From positions 1-30,930 of the forward strand of contig JAFUGE010000004.1 of assembly GCA_017469545.1 (NCBI GenBank): a stretch of DNA of 30,930 nt. Reading direction: 5' to 3'. Each line of letters begins with the position of its first letter. Position 1 is the stretch's first letter. The notes under the pieces were generated by a model. The model made no database searches and had not been told where the DNA came from. It saw nothing but the letters and a program-made list of their open reading frames with translations. The DNA is from Clostridia bacterium (GTDB lineage Bacteria; Bacillota; Clostridia; TANB77; UBA1234). A program made the position numbers and the translations under genes. Positions 17,206 through 26,200 of the stretch are shown here, one piece after another.

Positions 17206-17574
17206 TTATAGAACCTCTGGAGCAAGAGAAAGAATCTTCATATATTCTTTATCTCTTAATTCTCTGGCTACTGGCCCAAATATACGAGTACCTCTAGGGT
17301 TCTTGTCTTCTTTTATAATAACGGCTGCATTATCGTCAAATCTGATGTAAGAACCATCAGCTCTCTTAAGACCTTTTTTCGTTCTTACTACAACAGCCTT
17401 TACAACATCACCTTTTTTTACCATTCCGCCTGGTGTAGCGCTCTTTACAGAAGCAACAATAACATCACCGATGTTAGCAAACTTTCTATAAGAACCACCA
17501 AGACATCTGATAACCATGATTTCCTTAGCTCCTGTGTTGTCAGCAACACGAAGGATACTTTGTTGTTGTACCAT
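17206..17574 (-). CDS. rplN: 50S ribosomal protein L14
   Basis: [18 protein letters not shown]. Confidence 0.97.
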   Translation of the reverse strand: MVQQQSILRVADNTGAKEIMVIRCLGGSYRKFANIGDVIVASVKSATPGGMVKKGDVVKAVVVRTKKGLKRADGSYIRFDDNAAVIIKEDKNPRGTRIFGPVARELRDKEYMKILSLAPEVL

Positions 17575-17618
17575 GATTTATTCTCCTTTCATTAAAATTG
17601 TAATATGAATTCTCCGTC

Positions 17619-17645
17619 GCGGGCAGCGTAATACGCTGCCCCTAC
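17619..17645 (-). repeat. REP-like hairpin, copy 5, in the rpsQ-rplN gap
   Basis: Plus strand GCGGGCAGCGTAATACGCTGCCCCTAC (consensus form). Confidence 0.9.
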
Positions 17646-17672
17646 ACATCCTGTATAGGGATTTTTCAACAA

Positions 17673-17930
17673 TTATTTTGCCTTCTCTACAATCTCAACA
17701 ACTCTCCATCTCTTGTCTTTTGATAGAGGTCTTGTTTCCATAACGCGAACTGTATCACCGATAGCGCACTCATTATTCTCGTCGTGTGCTTTCAATTTAA
17801 AAGTTCTCTTCATAATTTTTCCATATAATTTATGCTTATAGCTGGTTTCAACAGCAACAACGACTGTTTTGTCCATCTTATCGCTGACTACTTTTCCAAC
17901 TCTTGTTTTACGAAGTGATCTTTCTTCCAT
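17673..17930 (-). CDS. rpsQ: 30S ribosomal protein S17
   Basis: [19 protein letters not shown] ... KYHAHDE-type KLKAHDENN. Confidence 0.97.
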   Translation of the reverse strand: MEERSLRKTRVGKVVSDKMDKTVVVAVETSYKHKLYGKIMKRTFKLKAHDENNECAIGDTVRVMETRPLSKDKRWRVVEIVEKAK

Positions 17931-17965
17931 ATTTTTTCTCCTTTCTATAGGATTAAGGCTCTATC

Positions 17966-18172
17966 TTATTCTTCGCCTTTTAATTCTTTTTCTCTTAACA
18001 CTGTTTTTACTCTAGCAATGTCCTTCTTTATATTCTTGATTTTCATCGGATTGTCTAATCCATTTGCTGCGTGTTGAAATCTTAGCTTGAATAACTCAGA
18101 CTTTAACTCAGCAAGTTCATTTTGTAATTCCGATGAGCTTGACTTTCTCATTTCATTAGTCTTCATCATTCT
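17966..18172 (-). CDS. rpmC: 50S ribosomal protein L29
   Basis: [19 protein letters not shown]. The ORF track starts at GTG 18178. ATG 18172 or 18169 after GGTGGTGA is more likely. Overlaps the rplP 3' end. Confidence 0.93.
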   Translation of the reverse strand, partial: RMMKTNEMRKSSSSELQNELAELKSELFKLRFQHAANGLDNPMKIKNIKKDIARVKTVLREKELKGEE

Positions 18173-18599
18173 CACCACCTATTTCATTTTTCTCATTCTT
18201 AACGAATTTTGTTTTGATTGGAAGCTTGTGAGAAGCAAGTCTTAAAGCCTCTCTAGCTGTTTCTTCTGGAACACCAGCCATCTCAAACAAAATTCTTCCT
18301 GGTTTAACCACAGCAACCCAGTACTCTACGCTACCTTTTCCGCTACCCATACGAGTCTCAGCAGGTTTCTTCGTAATTGGCTTATCTGGGAATATCTTAA
18401 TCCAAACTTGACCGCCTCTCTTAATGAAACGAGTCATAGCAACTCTGGCTGCCTCGATTTGGTTAGAAGTAATCCATCCAGCTTCTAAGGCTTGTAATCC
18501 ATATTCACCATATGTGATTGTAGCGCCTCTCGTAGCCTTACCTCTATTTCTACCTTTTTGCATTTTTCTATATTTCGTTCTTTTTGGCATTAGTGGCAT
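18156..18599 (-). CDS. rplP: 50S ribosomal protein L16
   Basis: [17 protein letters not shown]. The ATG overlaps the rpsC TAA. Confidence 0.97.
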   Translation of the reverse strand: MPLMPKRTKYRKMQKGRNRGKATRGATITYGEYGLQALEAGWITSNQIEAARVAMTRFIKRGGQVWIKIFPDKPITKKPAETRMGSGKGSVEYWVAVVKPGRILFEMAGVPEETAREALRLASHKLPIKTKFVKNEKNEIGGENDED

Positions 18600-19255
18600 T
18601 ATTTTCTACCTCCTTCTGCGTTTTTCTTAGGAAGTACTTCACCTTTATAAATCCAAACTTTAATACCGATCTTACCATAAGTCGTATTTGCTTCGCAGAA
18701 ACCATAATCAATATCTGCTCTTAATGTTTGTAGTGGTATTGTACCCTCTCTATAAAACTCTGATCTAGCGATTTCAGCGCCTCCAAGTCTACCAGAAGCA
18801 GCTGTCTTAATACCTTTCGCACCAGCTTTCATAGCCTTTGCCATTGCTTGCTTCATTGCTTTTCTGTAAGAAATTCTTCTTTCTAATTGTCCAGCAATGT
18901 TTTCAGCAACTAATTGTGCATCAATATCAGGATTCTTCACTTCAACGATGTTGACAATGATATCCTTTTTAAACATTTTTGCTAAATCTTCTCTTAATTT
19001 ATTAACAATCTCTCCATTCTTGCCTAAAGCTAAGCCTGGTTTTGCTGTTAATACATTTACTCTTGTGCTGCTAGCCGTTCTCTCGATCTCAATCTTTGAA
19101 ATTCCAGCAACATATAATTTTTTCTTTACATATTCACGAATCTTATAATCTTCGATAAGATTATCTGAAAATTCTTTCTTTCCTGCATACCATCTTGAGT
19201 CCCAGTCCTTAATAACTCCGACTCTATAACCATGTGGATCTACCTTTTGTCCCAT
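18599..19255 (-). CDS. rpsC: 30S ribosomal protein S3
   Basis: [24 protein letters not shown]. Confidence 0.97.
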   Translation of the reverse strand: MGQKVDPHGYRVGVIKDWDSRWYAGKKEFSDNLIEDYKIREYVKKKLYVAGISKIEIERTASSTRVNVLTAKPGLALGKNGEIVNKLREDLAKMFKKDIIVNIVEVKNPDIDAQLVAENIAGQLERRISYRKAMKQAMAKAMKAGAKGIKTAASGRLGGAEIARSEFYREGTIPLQTLRADIDYGFCEANTTYGKIGIKVWIYKGEVLPKKNAEGGRK

Positions 19256-19275
19256 GAAATAATTCCTCCTTTCTC

Positions 19276-19611
19276 TTAATCTCTCTCTTTTAATACAACT
19301 TCAATGTGTGAAGTTCTTTTTCTAATTCTGTTTGCTCTACCTTGTGTAGCAGCTCTAATTCTCTTCATTGTAGGGCCTTGATTTGCATAGATTTCAGCAA
19401 CATACAATTTGCTTCTATCCATATGGAAATTATTTTCTGCGTTAGCAATGGCTGACTTCAAAACCTTTTCAACTAATGGAGATGCTGCCTTTGGTGTATA
19501 TTTCAATATTGCTAGTGCTTCGTCAACTGATTTCCCTCTAATTAAGTCGATTACGATCTTAACTTTTCTAGCTGAGATTCTAGCATACTTTAAACTTGCT
19601 CTAGATTCCAT
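19276..19611 (-). CDS. rplV: 50S ribosomal protein L22
   Basis: [27 protein letters not shown]. Confidence 0.97.
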   Translation of the reverse strand: MESRASLKYARISARKVKIVIDLIRGKSVDEALAILKYTPKAASPLVEKVLKSAIANAENNFHMDRSKLYVAEIYANQGPTMKRIRAATQGRANRIRKRTSHIEVVLKERD

Positions 19612-19630
19612 TTTAGGTTACTCCTTCCTT

Positions 19631-19909
19631 TTATTTTACTTTCGTTGTTTTATCACCAGCATGACCTTTAAATGTTCTTGTTGGAACAAACTCGCCTAAT
19701 TTATGACCAATCATTTCGTCTGAAATGTAAATTGGCACGTGTTTTCTTCCGTCATGAACTGCGATTGTATGTCCTACCATTTGTGGGAATATTGTAGAAG
19801 CTCTTGACCAAGTCTTTAAAACTTCTTTTTTGTTCTCTTCGTTCATTTTCTCGATTCTAGCTAAAAGCTTCTTATCTACGAATGGTCCCTTTTTTATCGA
19901 TCTTGACAT
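19631..19909 (-). CDS. rpsS: 30S ribosomal protein S19
   Basis: [12 protein letters not shown] ... [16 protein letters not shown]. Confidence 0.97.
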   Translation of the reverse strand: MSRSIKKGPFVDKKLLARIEKMNEENKKEVLKTWSRASTIFPQMVGHTIAVHDGRKHVPIYISDEMIGHKLGEFVPTRTFKGHAGDKTTKVK

Positions 19910-19939
19910 CTATTTTTCCTCCTTATCCAAGTTTTAAGT

Positions 19940-20773
19940 TTATTTAGAATTTCTACGTTTAACAATAAACTTATTGCTTGCTTTCTTAGCATTTCTTGTC
20001 TTATATCCAAGTGCTGGTTTGCCCCATGGAGTAACAGGTCCTGGTCTACCAACTGGAGATTTACCTTCACCACCACCGTGTGGGTGATCATTAGGGTTCA
20101 TAACAGAACCTCTAACCTCTGGTCTCTTACCAAGCCATCTGCTCTTGCCGGCTTTACCTAATTTAATATTCTCGTGTTCACTGTTACCAACTTCACCGAT
20201 AGTAGCTTTACAATCAACACTGACTAATCTCATTTCGCCAGAAGGTAATCTTACGTGTGCATATTTACCTTCCTTAGCCATTAACTGTGCACTGTTTCCA
20301 GCACTTCTTACCATTTGTGCACCCTTGCCTGGCTTTAATTCGATACAATGAATTAAAGTACCAACTGGGATGCTTGATATTGGTAAGCTGTTTCCTGGCT
20401 TAATGTCTGCTTTCTCGCCAGCCATAACCTTATCTCCTACTTTTAATCCAAGTGGAGCTAAGATGTATGCTTTCTCGCCATCTTCATATTCCAATAAAGC
20501 GATATTAGCGCTTCTGTTTGGATCATATTCGATAGCACTAACTGTTGCAGGCATATCTACTTTTCTTCTCTTAAAATCAATGATTCTATACTTTCTTCTT
20601 GAACCGCCACCTTGATGTCTAACCGTAATTCTACCATAAGAGTTTCTACCAGCATTTTTCTTTAATGTTGTTGTTAAAGATCTCTCTGGCTTTGTCTTTG
20701 TAATCTCTTCAAAAGTAGAAACTGACATACCTCTTCTTGATGGGGTTGTTGGTTTATATTGTTTAATACCCAT
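19940..20773 (-). CDS. rplB: 50S ribosomal protein L2
   Basis: [18 protein letters not shown] ... [12 protein letters not shown]. Confidence 0.98.
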   Translation of the reverse strand: MGIKQYKPTTPSRRGMSVSTFEEITKTKPERSLTTTLKKNAGRNSYGRITVRHQGGGSRRKYRIIDFKRRKVDMPATVSAIEYDPNRSANIALLEYEDGEKAYILAPLGLKVGDKVMAGEKADIKPGNSLPISSIPVGTLIHCIELKPGKGAQMVRSAGNSAQLMAKEGKYAHVRLPSGEMRLVSVDCKATIGEVGNSEHENIKLGKAGKSRWLGKRPEVRGSVMNPNDHPHGGGEGKSPVGRPGPVTPWGKPALGYKTRNAKKASNKFIVKRRNSK

Positions 20774-20871
20774 TTTTGTTTCTCTCCTTTTATCTTTTTA
20801 AGACCAATCTCAAAATTAGTTTTTCAGGTTATTTTTTTAGGGTCTCTAACCTATAATTTCTAATTCTTCTT

Positions 20872-20900
20872 GCGGGCAGCTTAGATAACGCTGCCCCTAC
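20872..20900 (-). repeat. REP-like hairpin, copy 6 (longer loop), in the rplW-rplB gap
   Basis: Plus strand GCGGGCAGCTTAGATAACGCTGCCCCTAC. Confidence 0.85.
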
Positions 20901-20904
20901 GGTG

Positions 20905-21249
20905 TTATGCACCAAATTCTTCTATGCTTGTTTTGAACTTCTTAGAAGAAGTAGCCTCTTTTCCGCCCTTCGTCTTATATGTTAAGCTTCCTGGATTTGT
21001 ATCAATTGTAACAATTGCTTTCTTCCAGTCAGAAGTCTTACCCTCGTGAGCGCCTTGTCTCTTTGGCTTACCCTTTACTGTAATTGTTCTCACTTCTTTT
21101 ACTTTTACTCCGAACAATTTCTCTACAGCATTCTTAACTTCCACTTTTGTGGCTTTCTTATTTACTTCGAATGTGTACTTACCTTCGGCTTGAGCCATGC
21201 TACTTTTCTCAGTAACAACTGGTCTTACAATAACATCTTCTGCAACCAT
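20905..21249 (-). CDS. rplW: 50S ribosomal protein L23, with a C-terminal insertion
   Basis: VIVRPVVTEKS ... KATKVEVKNAVEKLFGVKV ... DWKKAIVT. 114 aa. Confidence 0.95.
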   Translation of the reverse strand: MVAEDVIVRPVVTEKSSMAQAEGKYTFEVNKKATKVEVKNAVEKLFGVKVKEVRTITVKGKPKRQGAHEGKTSDWKKAIVTIDTNPGSLTYKTKGGKEATSSKKFKTSIEEFGA

Positions 21250-21869
21250 TATGCGTACACCTCCTCTATCTTCTCCACAGCAGCTTTCGTTAAAATCAAT
21301 TTCTCATACTTCAAAATGTCATAAGTATTGATTGTGTTTACTAAAGCAGCTTTCACGTTTGGAATATTTCTTGTTGAAGCGTCCACATTAAAGTTCTTCT
21401 CAGCTAATACAACAAGAGCTTTCTCAGCTTTTAAGTTCTCAAGAACTTTTGCCATATTCTTTGTTTTGATTTCGTCAAAATCTAAAGCATCAACAACAAT
21501 AATTTGATTTTCATTTACTTTAGAAGTAAGCGCAGACTTTAATGCAAGTCTCTTTACTTTCTTGTTCAATGTATATTTGTAAGATCTAGGTTTTGGTCCT
21601 AAAGCAATACCACCTTTAATCCATTGTGGAGCTCTAATGCTACCTTGTCTTGCTCTACCAGTACCCTTTTGCTTCCAAGGTTTCTTTCCGCCGCCTGCGA
21701 CTTCACTACGAGTCTTTGTGCTTTGTGTACCTTGTCTTTGGTTAGCTAAGTAGTTCACTACAACATCGTGAAGAACATCTTCATTTACTTCTACTGCGAA
21801 AATGCTATCTGCTAACTCGATATCGCCAACCTTTTTACCTTCTATATTTAATAAATCTACCTTAGGCAT
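21249..21869 (-). CDS. rplD: 50S ribosomal protein L4
   Basis: [35 protein letters not shown]. Confidence 0.97.
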   Translation of the reverse strand: MPKVDLLNIEGKKVGDIELADSIFAVEVNEDVLHDVVVNYLANQRQGTQSTKTRSEVAGGGKKPWKQKGTGRARQGSIRAPQWIKGGIALGPKPRSYKYTLNKKVKRLALKSALTSKVNENQIIVVDALDFDEIKTKNMAKVLENLKAEKALVVLAEKNFNVDASTRNIPNVKAALVNTINTYDILKYEKLILTKAAVEKIEEVYA

Positions 21870-21888
21870 TTCTTATATCCTCCTTCCC

Positions 21889-22524
21889 TTATTTCTCGCT
21901 CTTTACAGAATCTTTAACTCTTACTAGAGAGTTCTTTCTGCCAGGAACAGAACCTTTAATTAAAATGACATTCTTGTCCATATCTACTCTTACAACTTCT
22001 AGGTGTTGTACAGTAACCGTCTCTTTTCCAGTTTGTCCTGGTAACTTCTTGCCTGGGAATACTCTTCCTGGTGAAGATGTAGGTCCCATAGAACCTGGTC
22101 TTCTATGATACATAGAACCATGTCCCTTAGGTCCAATGTGTTGACCGTGTCTCTTAATAACGCCTTGGAATCCTTTTGCTTTAGAAATTCCTTGTACGTC
22201 AACGAACTCGCCAGCAGCAAATACGTCTGCTTTTAATTCGTCGCCAACGTTTACGCTTTCAACATCGTCAAGTCTTAATTCTCTAATATACTTCTTATAA
22301 GCTAATTTTAATTTATCAAATTGTCCCTTTGTAGGCTTGTTTAAGTGTTTCTCTTTCACTTCGCCAGTAGCAACTTGAATTGCATTGTAACCGTCTGTCT
22401 CAACAGTCTTCTTTTTAATGACAACACATGGCTCAACCTCAACTACTGTTACTGGAATTGCTAAGCCATTCTCGTCAAATACTTGTGTCATACCTAACTT
22501 TTTGCCATAAATTCCTTTTTTCAT
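21889..22524 (-). CDS. rplC: 50S ribosomal protein L3
   Basis: [20 protein letters not shown] ... [10 protein letters not shown]. Confidence 0.97.
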   Translation of the reverse strand: MKKGIYGKKLGMTQVFDENGLAIPVTVVEVEPCVVIKKKTVETDGYNAIQVATGEVKEKHLNKPTKGQFDKLKLAYKKYIRELRLDDVESVNVGDELKADVFAAGEFVDVQGISKAKGFQGVIKRHGQHIGPKGHGSMYHRRPGSMGPTSSPGRVFPGKKLPGQTGKETVTVQHLEVVRVDMDKNVILIKGSVPGRKNSLVRVKDSVKSEK

Positions 22525-22574
22525 TTTTAAATACCTCCTTGGTTATCGGTTCATTTTCGTTATGAACATGACCA

Positions 22575-22919
22575 TTATTTGTTAACTTTCATTTCTGCTT
22601 CAACACCAGCTGGCAATTCTACTTTCATTAAAGCTTCAGCCGTCTTTGGTGTTGGGTAAAGAATATCAATCACTCTCTTATGCGTTCTCATTTCGAATTG
22701 TTCTCTTGAATCCTTGTACTTGTGTGGTGAACGTAAAATTGTGATAACTTCTTTCTTAGTAGGTAGTGGAATAGGTCCTGAAACTTGAGCTCCACTTCTT
22801 TTAGCCGTATCTACTATTTTTTGAGCAGACTGGTCTAGAAGAACGTGATCAAAAGCTTTAAGTCTAATTCTGATTCTTTCCTTTCCTACTTCCGTTGTCG
22901 TTTGTTTTTCCTTTGGCAT
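22575..22919 (-). CDS. rpsJ: 30S ribosomal protein S10, with an N-terminal extension of about 12 aa
   Basis: [40 protein letters not shown]. Confidence 0.97.
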   Translation of the reverse strand: MPKEKQTTTEVGKERIRIRLKAFDHVLLDQSAQKIVDTAKRSGAQVSGPIPLPTKKEVITILRSPHKYKDSREQFEMRTHKRVIDILYPTPKTAEALMKVELPAGVEAEMKVNK

Positions 22920-23125
22920 ATTGGTTTCCCTCCTTAAAAATTTGTTACGACAAAGTTATCCACGCACCCGGGTGTTTCAAATAATCCCATATTTAAACCC
23001 AGGTAAATACCTGGGGAAAAGTGCTTTTCCTACCCTTGTCGCCCGGTTTATAATCGGACATACTCCGTGAAAGTTCCCTGCCCGTAAGCGGCAGCCACAT
23101 TCCACATCATCGCAATATCACATCG
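22920..23125 (-). promoter_or_regulatory. Structured 5' leader of about 200 nt for the S10 operon
   Basis: It lies between the predicted promoter and the rpsJ SD and looks more G/C-rich than its surroundings. Perfect hairpins are CCCAGGU-AUUU-ACCUGGG (22998..23015) and GGAAAAG-CA-CUUUUCC (23015..23030). Long-range complementarities are CGACAAGG/CUUUGUCG and CCGGG/CCCGG. Confidence 0.5.
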
Positions 23126-23131
23126 TGCACT

Positions 23132-23160
23132 ATTATACTACCTACGGAAGCACAATGCAA
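23132..23160 (-). promoter_or_regulatory. S10-operon sigma-A promoter
   Basis: Minus sense TTGCAT (23160..23155)-17 nt-TATAAT (23137..23132). Confidence 0.7.
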
Positions 23161-23163
23161 GAG

Positions 23164-23199
23164 TTTTTTAACAAATTTTAGAAAAAATTTGTTAAAAAA
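23164..23199. promoter_or_regulatory. Perfect 16-bp A/T-only inverted repeat abutting the S10 promoter -35
   Basis: TTTTTTAACAAATTTT-AGAA-AAAATTTGTTAAAAAA. Could be an UP-element-like region or a protein binding site. Confidence 0.4.
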
Positions 23200-23201
23200 C
23201 C

Positions 23202-23228
23202 GTAGGGGCAGCGTACCACGCTGCCCGC
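23202..23228 (+). repeat. REP-like hairpin, copy 7 (GTAG head on the plus strand)
   Basis: GTAGGGGCAGCGTACCACGCTGCCCGC. Confidence 0.9.
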
Positions 23229-23257
23229 TATTTATGATTCTTTATCCATTCGTGCGT

Positions 23258-23286
23258 TTTCGGGCGGCGTAATACGCCGCCCGAAA
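23258..23286. repeat. REP-related fully symmetric hairpin (compensated variant, no GTAG)
   Basis: TTTCGGGCGGCG-TAATA-CGCCGCCCGAAA, 4 nt after the stop of the large lipoprotein gene. Confidence 0.7.
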
Positions 23287-23290
23287 TATT

Positions 23291-26200
23291 TTATTTCTTA
23301 TACCCATCAATAATTTCGTCATTATATTTTAGCATAATTATTCCTGGCTCGTATTGCTCGCCGGAGTTGGTAATTCTTACTTTATACTTGACCTCCGACC
23401 TAATTGCCGAAGGATTCCACTTAGGGTCGTACGAGTTCCAACAGTTTATCGTAAGTTTTTGCCCATCTTGTTTTCTTAAATATCCATTCGTATTTTGTCC
23501 ATATAGGTACTCCACAAATGTCATATTATTTGGGATGGCGTCCTCTATCTTAAAGCCGTACTGGTGCCCCTCGTCATAAAGCTTTTTGTTGTCTACCACG
23601 ATACTCACTTCTACCAAGTCTCCTACTTTCGCATTGCTATTGCTGTACGACTTCGAAATGATGTAGTCATTATCAGGAATGGTAGCAAAATCAATCGGCT
23701 TATACTGCTCTATCATAAACTTCAAATTATCCGACATTGCCACAACTTCAATCTCGTCTTTACCGGCAATTAGTTTTCTCGTAAACCCTACATTCTTTAC
23801 TTCCACTTCTTCCTCTTTGCCATTAATTCTTAAGGTTAGCGTTCCCTTCTTGTAATTCTTAGAAACCGCATTTTGTACATAGTAAAGTTTAACAAAGTCA
23901 CTATTTTCCGGAAGTAATTCTTTTTTAAGATATGCTTGGTATAACTCTTCCATTTCAGGCAAGTTTAGTTTAATCGCTAAAATCACTTTTAACTCAAATT
24001 CTGTTTCGTCCTTTTCTGTAACGGCATCCTTCACGATATCATATAGTTCCAACGCATCGTCATAGGCCCCGATATCTGCAAATGCTAGGGATAGATACAA
24101 AACATTTTCTTTTGTGTACTTTGCAGTATTCTTCAAAATGGATTCTTTCTCTTCCCTTAATTCTTTTAATGTCGCTGTGTTCATATTAACTTTTGCCCAA
24201 AGCGCCGCTTGATTGCCAAGTCTTACTTCAATCTTGTCAATGACTTCTTCACTATCAATACGTAGTGCTCTCGTCGCAAGCATTCGAAGCGCAAGCCTTG
24301 CATCGTCGCTGCTATTCTTCATTACCTTAAAGATATTCTTCTCTGCCACATAGCTATACTTCTGCGCATATTCAAATTCTACCCCATTGACTAGATTATT
24401 AAAAATTCTAGCACTTTCACTTGCAATCAATGTCGTGTCGTTTCTGTCGCTATTGTAACTACTTGAAAGCTCGAAAATCGTAGGCAACACTTTCGCAATA
24501 TCCGTATTCAAAATATACAAATATCCTTTTGGAGAAACAATCGCAATCTTATCGCCCACTTGCAAAACAAGGTCTTCTCGAATCGTTGCGTCAAGCAAAC
24601 TTTCCGTCACTTCAATCTCGTCTATCAAAATATCTTTGCTCTTTCCGCAAGTACCAGTAATCTTAATCTTGTAAGTTCCTTTTGTTTCAAGTGCTTTGCT
24701 TACTTGATAAGATAGTACATCCCCCACTTTCTCATTTAGCGTATTTTGCTCAATCACATTGTCCTTGGCATCTAAAATTTCGACTTTGAATGTCATATCT
24801 TTGCCACTATCTGTCTTCGAAAAACTCTTAATGTTAAAAGCAAAATGCTCTCCCACCAAATATCTATCCTTGTGGTTCACGCTCACGAAGAAATCTTTGC
24901 TCACTTTAATCTTCTTTTCCGCTGCCACGGCCTTGTAATCATTCGAAATCGCCTGTGCTTTTATTGTCCATTCCGTAATATTATCCGGCAATTTCACTTT
25001 GATTTTCGCCACGCCATTTTCGTCTGTCACAATACTTTCAAAAAATGCCGTCACTCTCAAATCGTCTCTCACAGAGGCGCTATCGTCGCCACCTCCGCCG
25101 CCAGCCATTTCCGGTTCGTCTGCCATCATTGCCATTTCATTCACAGCTGTATCTCTCGCCGAATTACTTGCAAATTTCGTCATCGCTTTCGTTCCATTGC
25201 TAGCAGACTGAATATAGTACTGATTCATTAAACTACTAACGATATTACTACTTACCGCTCCATTCGCGTCAATATAAGCCGTATCTAGCGCCGATAAATT
25301 CACGCTCGCTTTCACGCCTTTGCCATTGCTCGTAACTTTTATCGTAATTTCCGCTTCGTCTTTTGGCTCATACACTTCTTTATCAAAAGATACTTCAATG
25401 CCTAACGATAACTCCTCCTCGCAAAGTGTAATTTGCGAAGTAGGACGCCAGAAATAATCACTTCTTATCATAGAGTAGAACGAGTAAATATCATTTGACG
25501 TTGGAACATATGTCTTCAAAGAGTCATATAAAATCGTGTAGGTTGCCACATTCGCGCCCATTTCTTTCGTAAATGTAAAATGTGGTCTTTCCCCTTGATT
25601 ATGATAAATCTTGTTTCCGTCTGCCGATACTACCAAGGTATAAAAATCAAACATGGCATAATCGTTTAATCTTCTTCCCTCGCTGTCTTGCAAATAGAAA
25701 TAAACTTCGTCTCCTACCTTTAACTTATCATTCGTCTCATAGCGTAACGTATACGTCAATTCGTTATTGATAATTGGCGTCACATACTCTACTTCTTCGT
25801 ACTGCGTCGTTGAATTTACTGTTTTGTATGACATTGAATAGATTTGCCCGTTATAACTTAAGGCTAATTCCTTGCCATTTTCCGTCATTAAATAAGCATA
25901 AAAACGATAATAGCAATTTTTATCTTCTTTATAATTCGCAAGCGTATAAGTTCCCTTGCCGTCTTTCATATTCACCATAAAAGACTTATCATAGCTGCTT
26001 TCTGCCACTTCTCGATACTCAACGATATCTTCCATTTCTTTCGTGTATTTATTGTATCTTGTGCCAGTAACCGTCCTTACTGTCTTATATGCTTTTGCCA
26101 CCACTTTGATATTATCATTCGCAGGCACGGTATTATCTAAAGATAAATACTCGTTAAAAGAAAGATAATATTGATTCTCGTCTACGATAAACTTTACTTG

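Noticed and set aside
13631-22220. Numerous 60-130 aa ORFs in the track overlapping ribosomal protein genes (e.g. 13631..13858, 15360..15626, 16887..17204, 19409..19699, 19894..20091, 20145..20615, 21046..21324, 21999..22220)
   Set aside because: All lie antisense to, or in alternative frames of, highly conserved r-protein genes. They have low-complexity Ser/Phe/Leu-rich translations typical of the reverse strand of AT-rich genes, and they lack SD signals.
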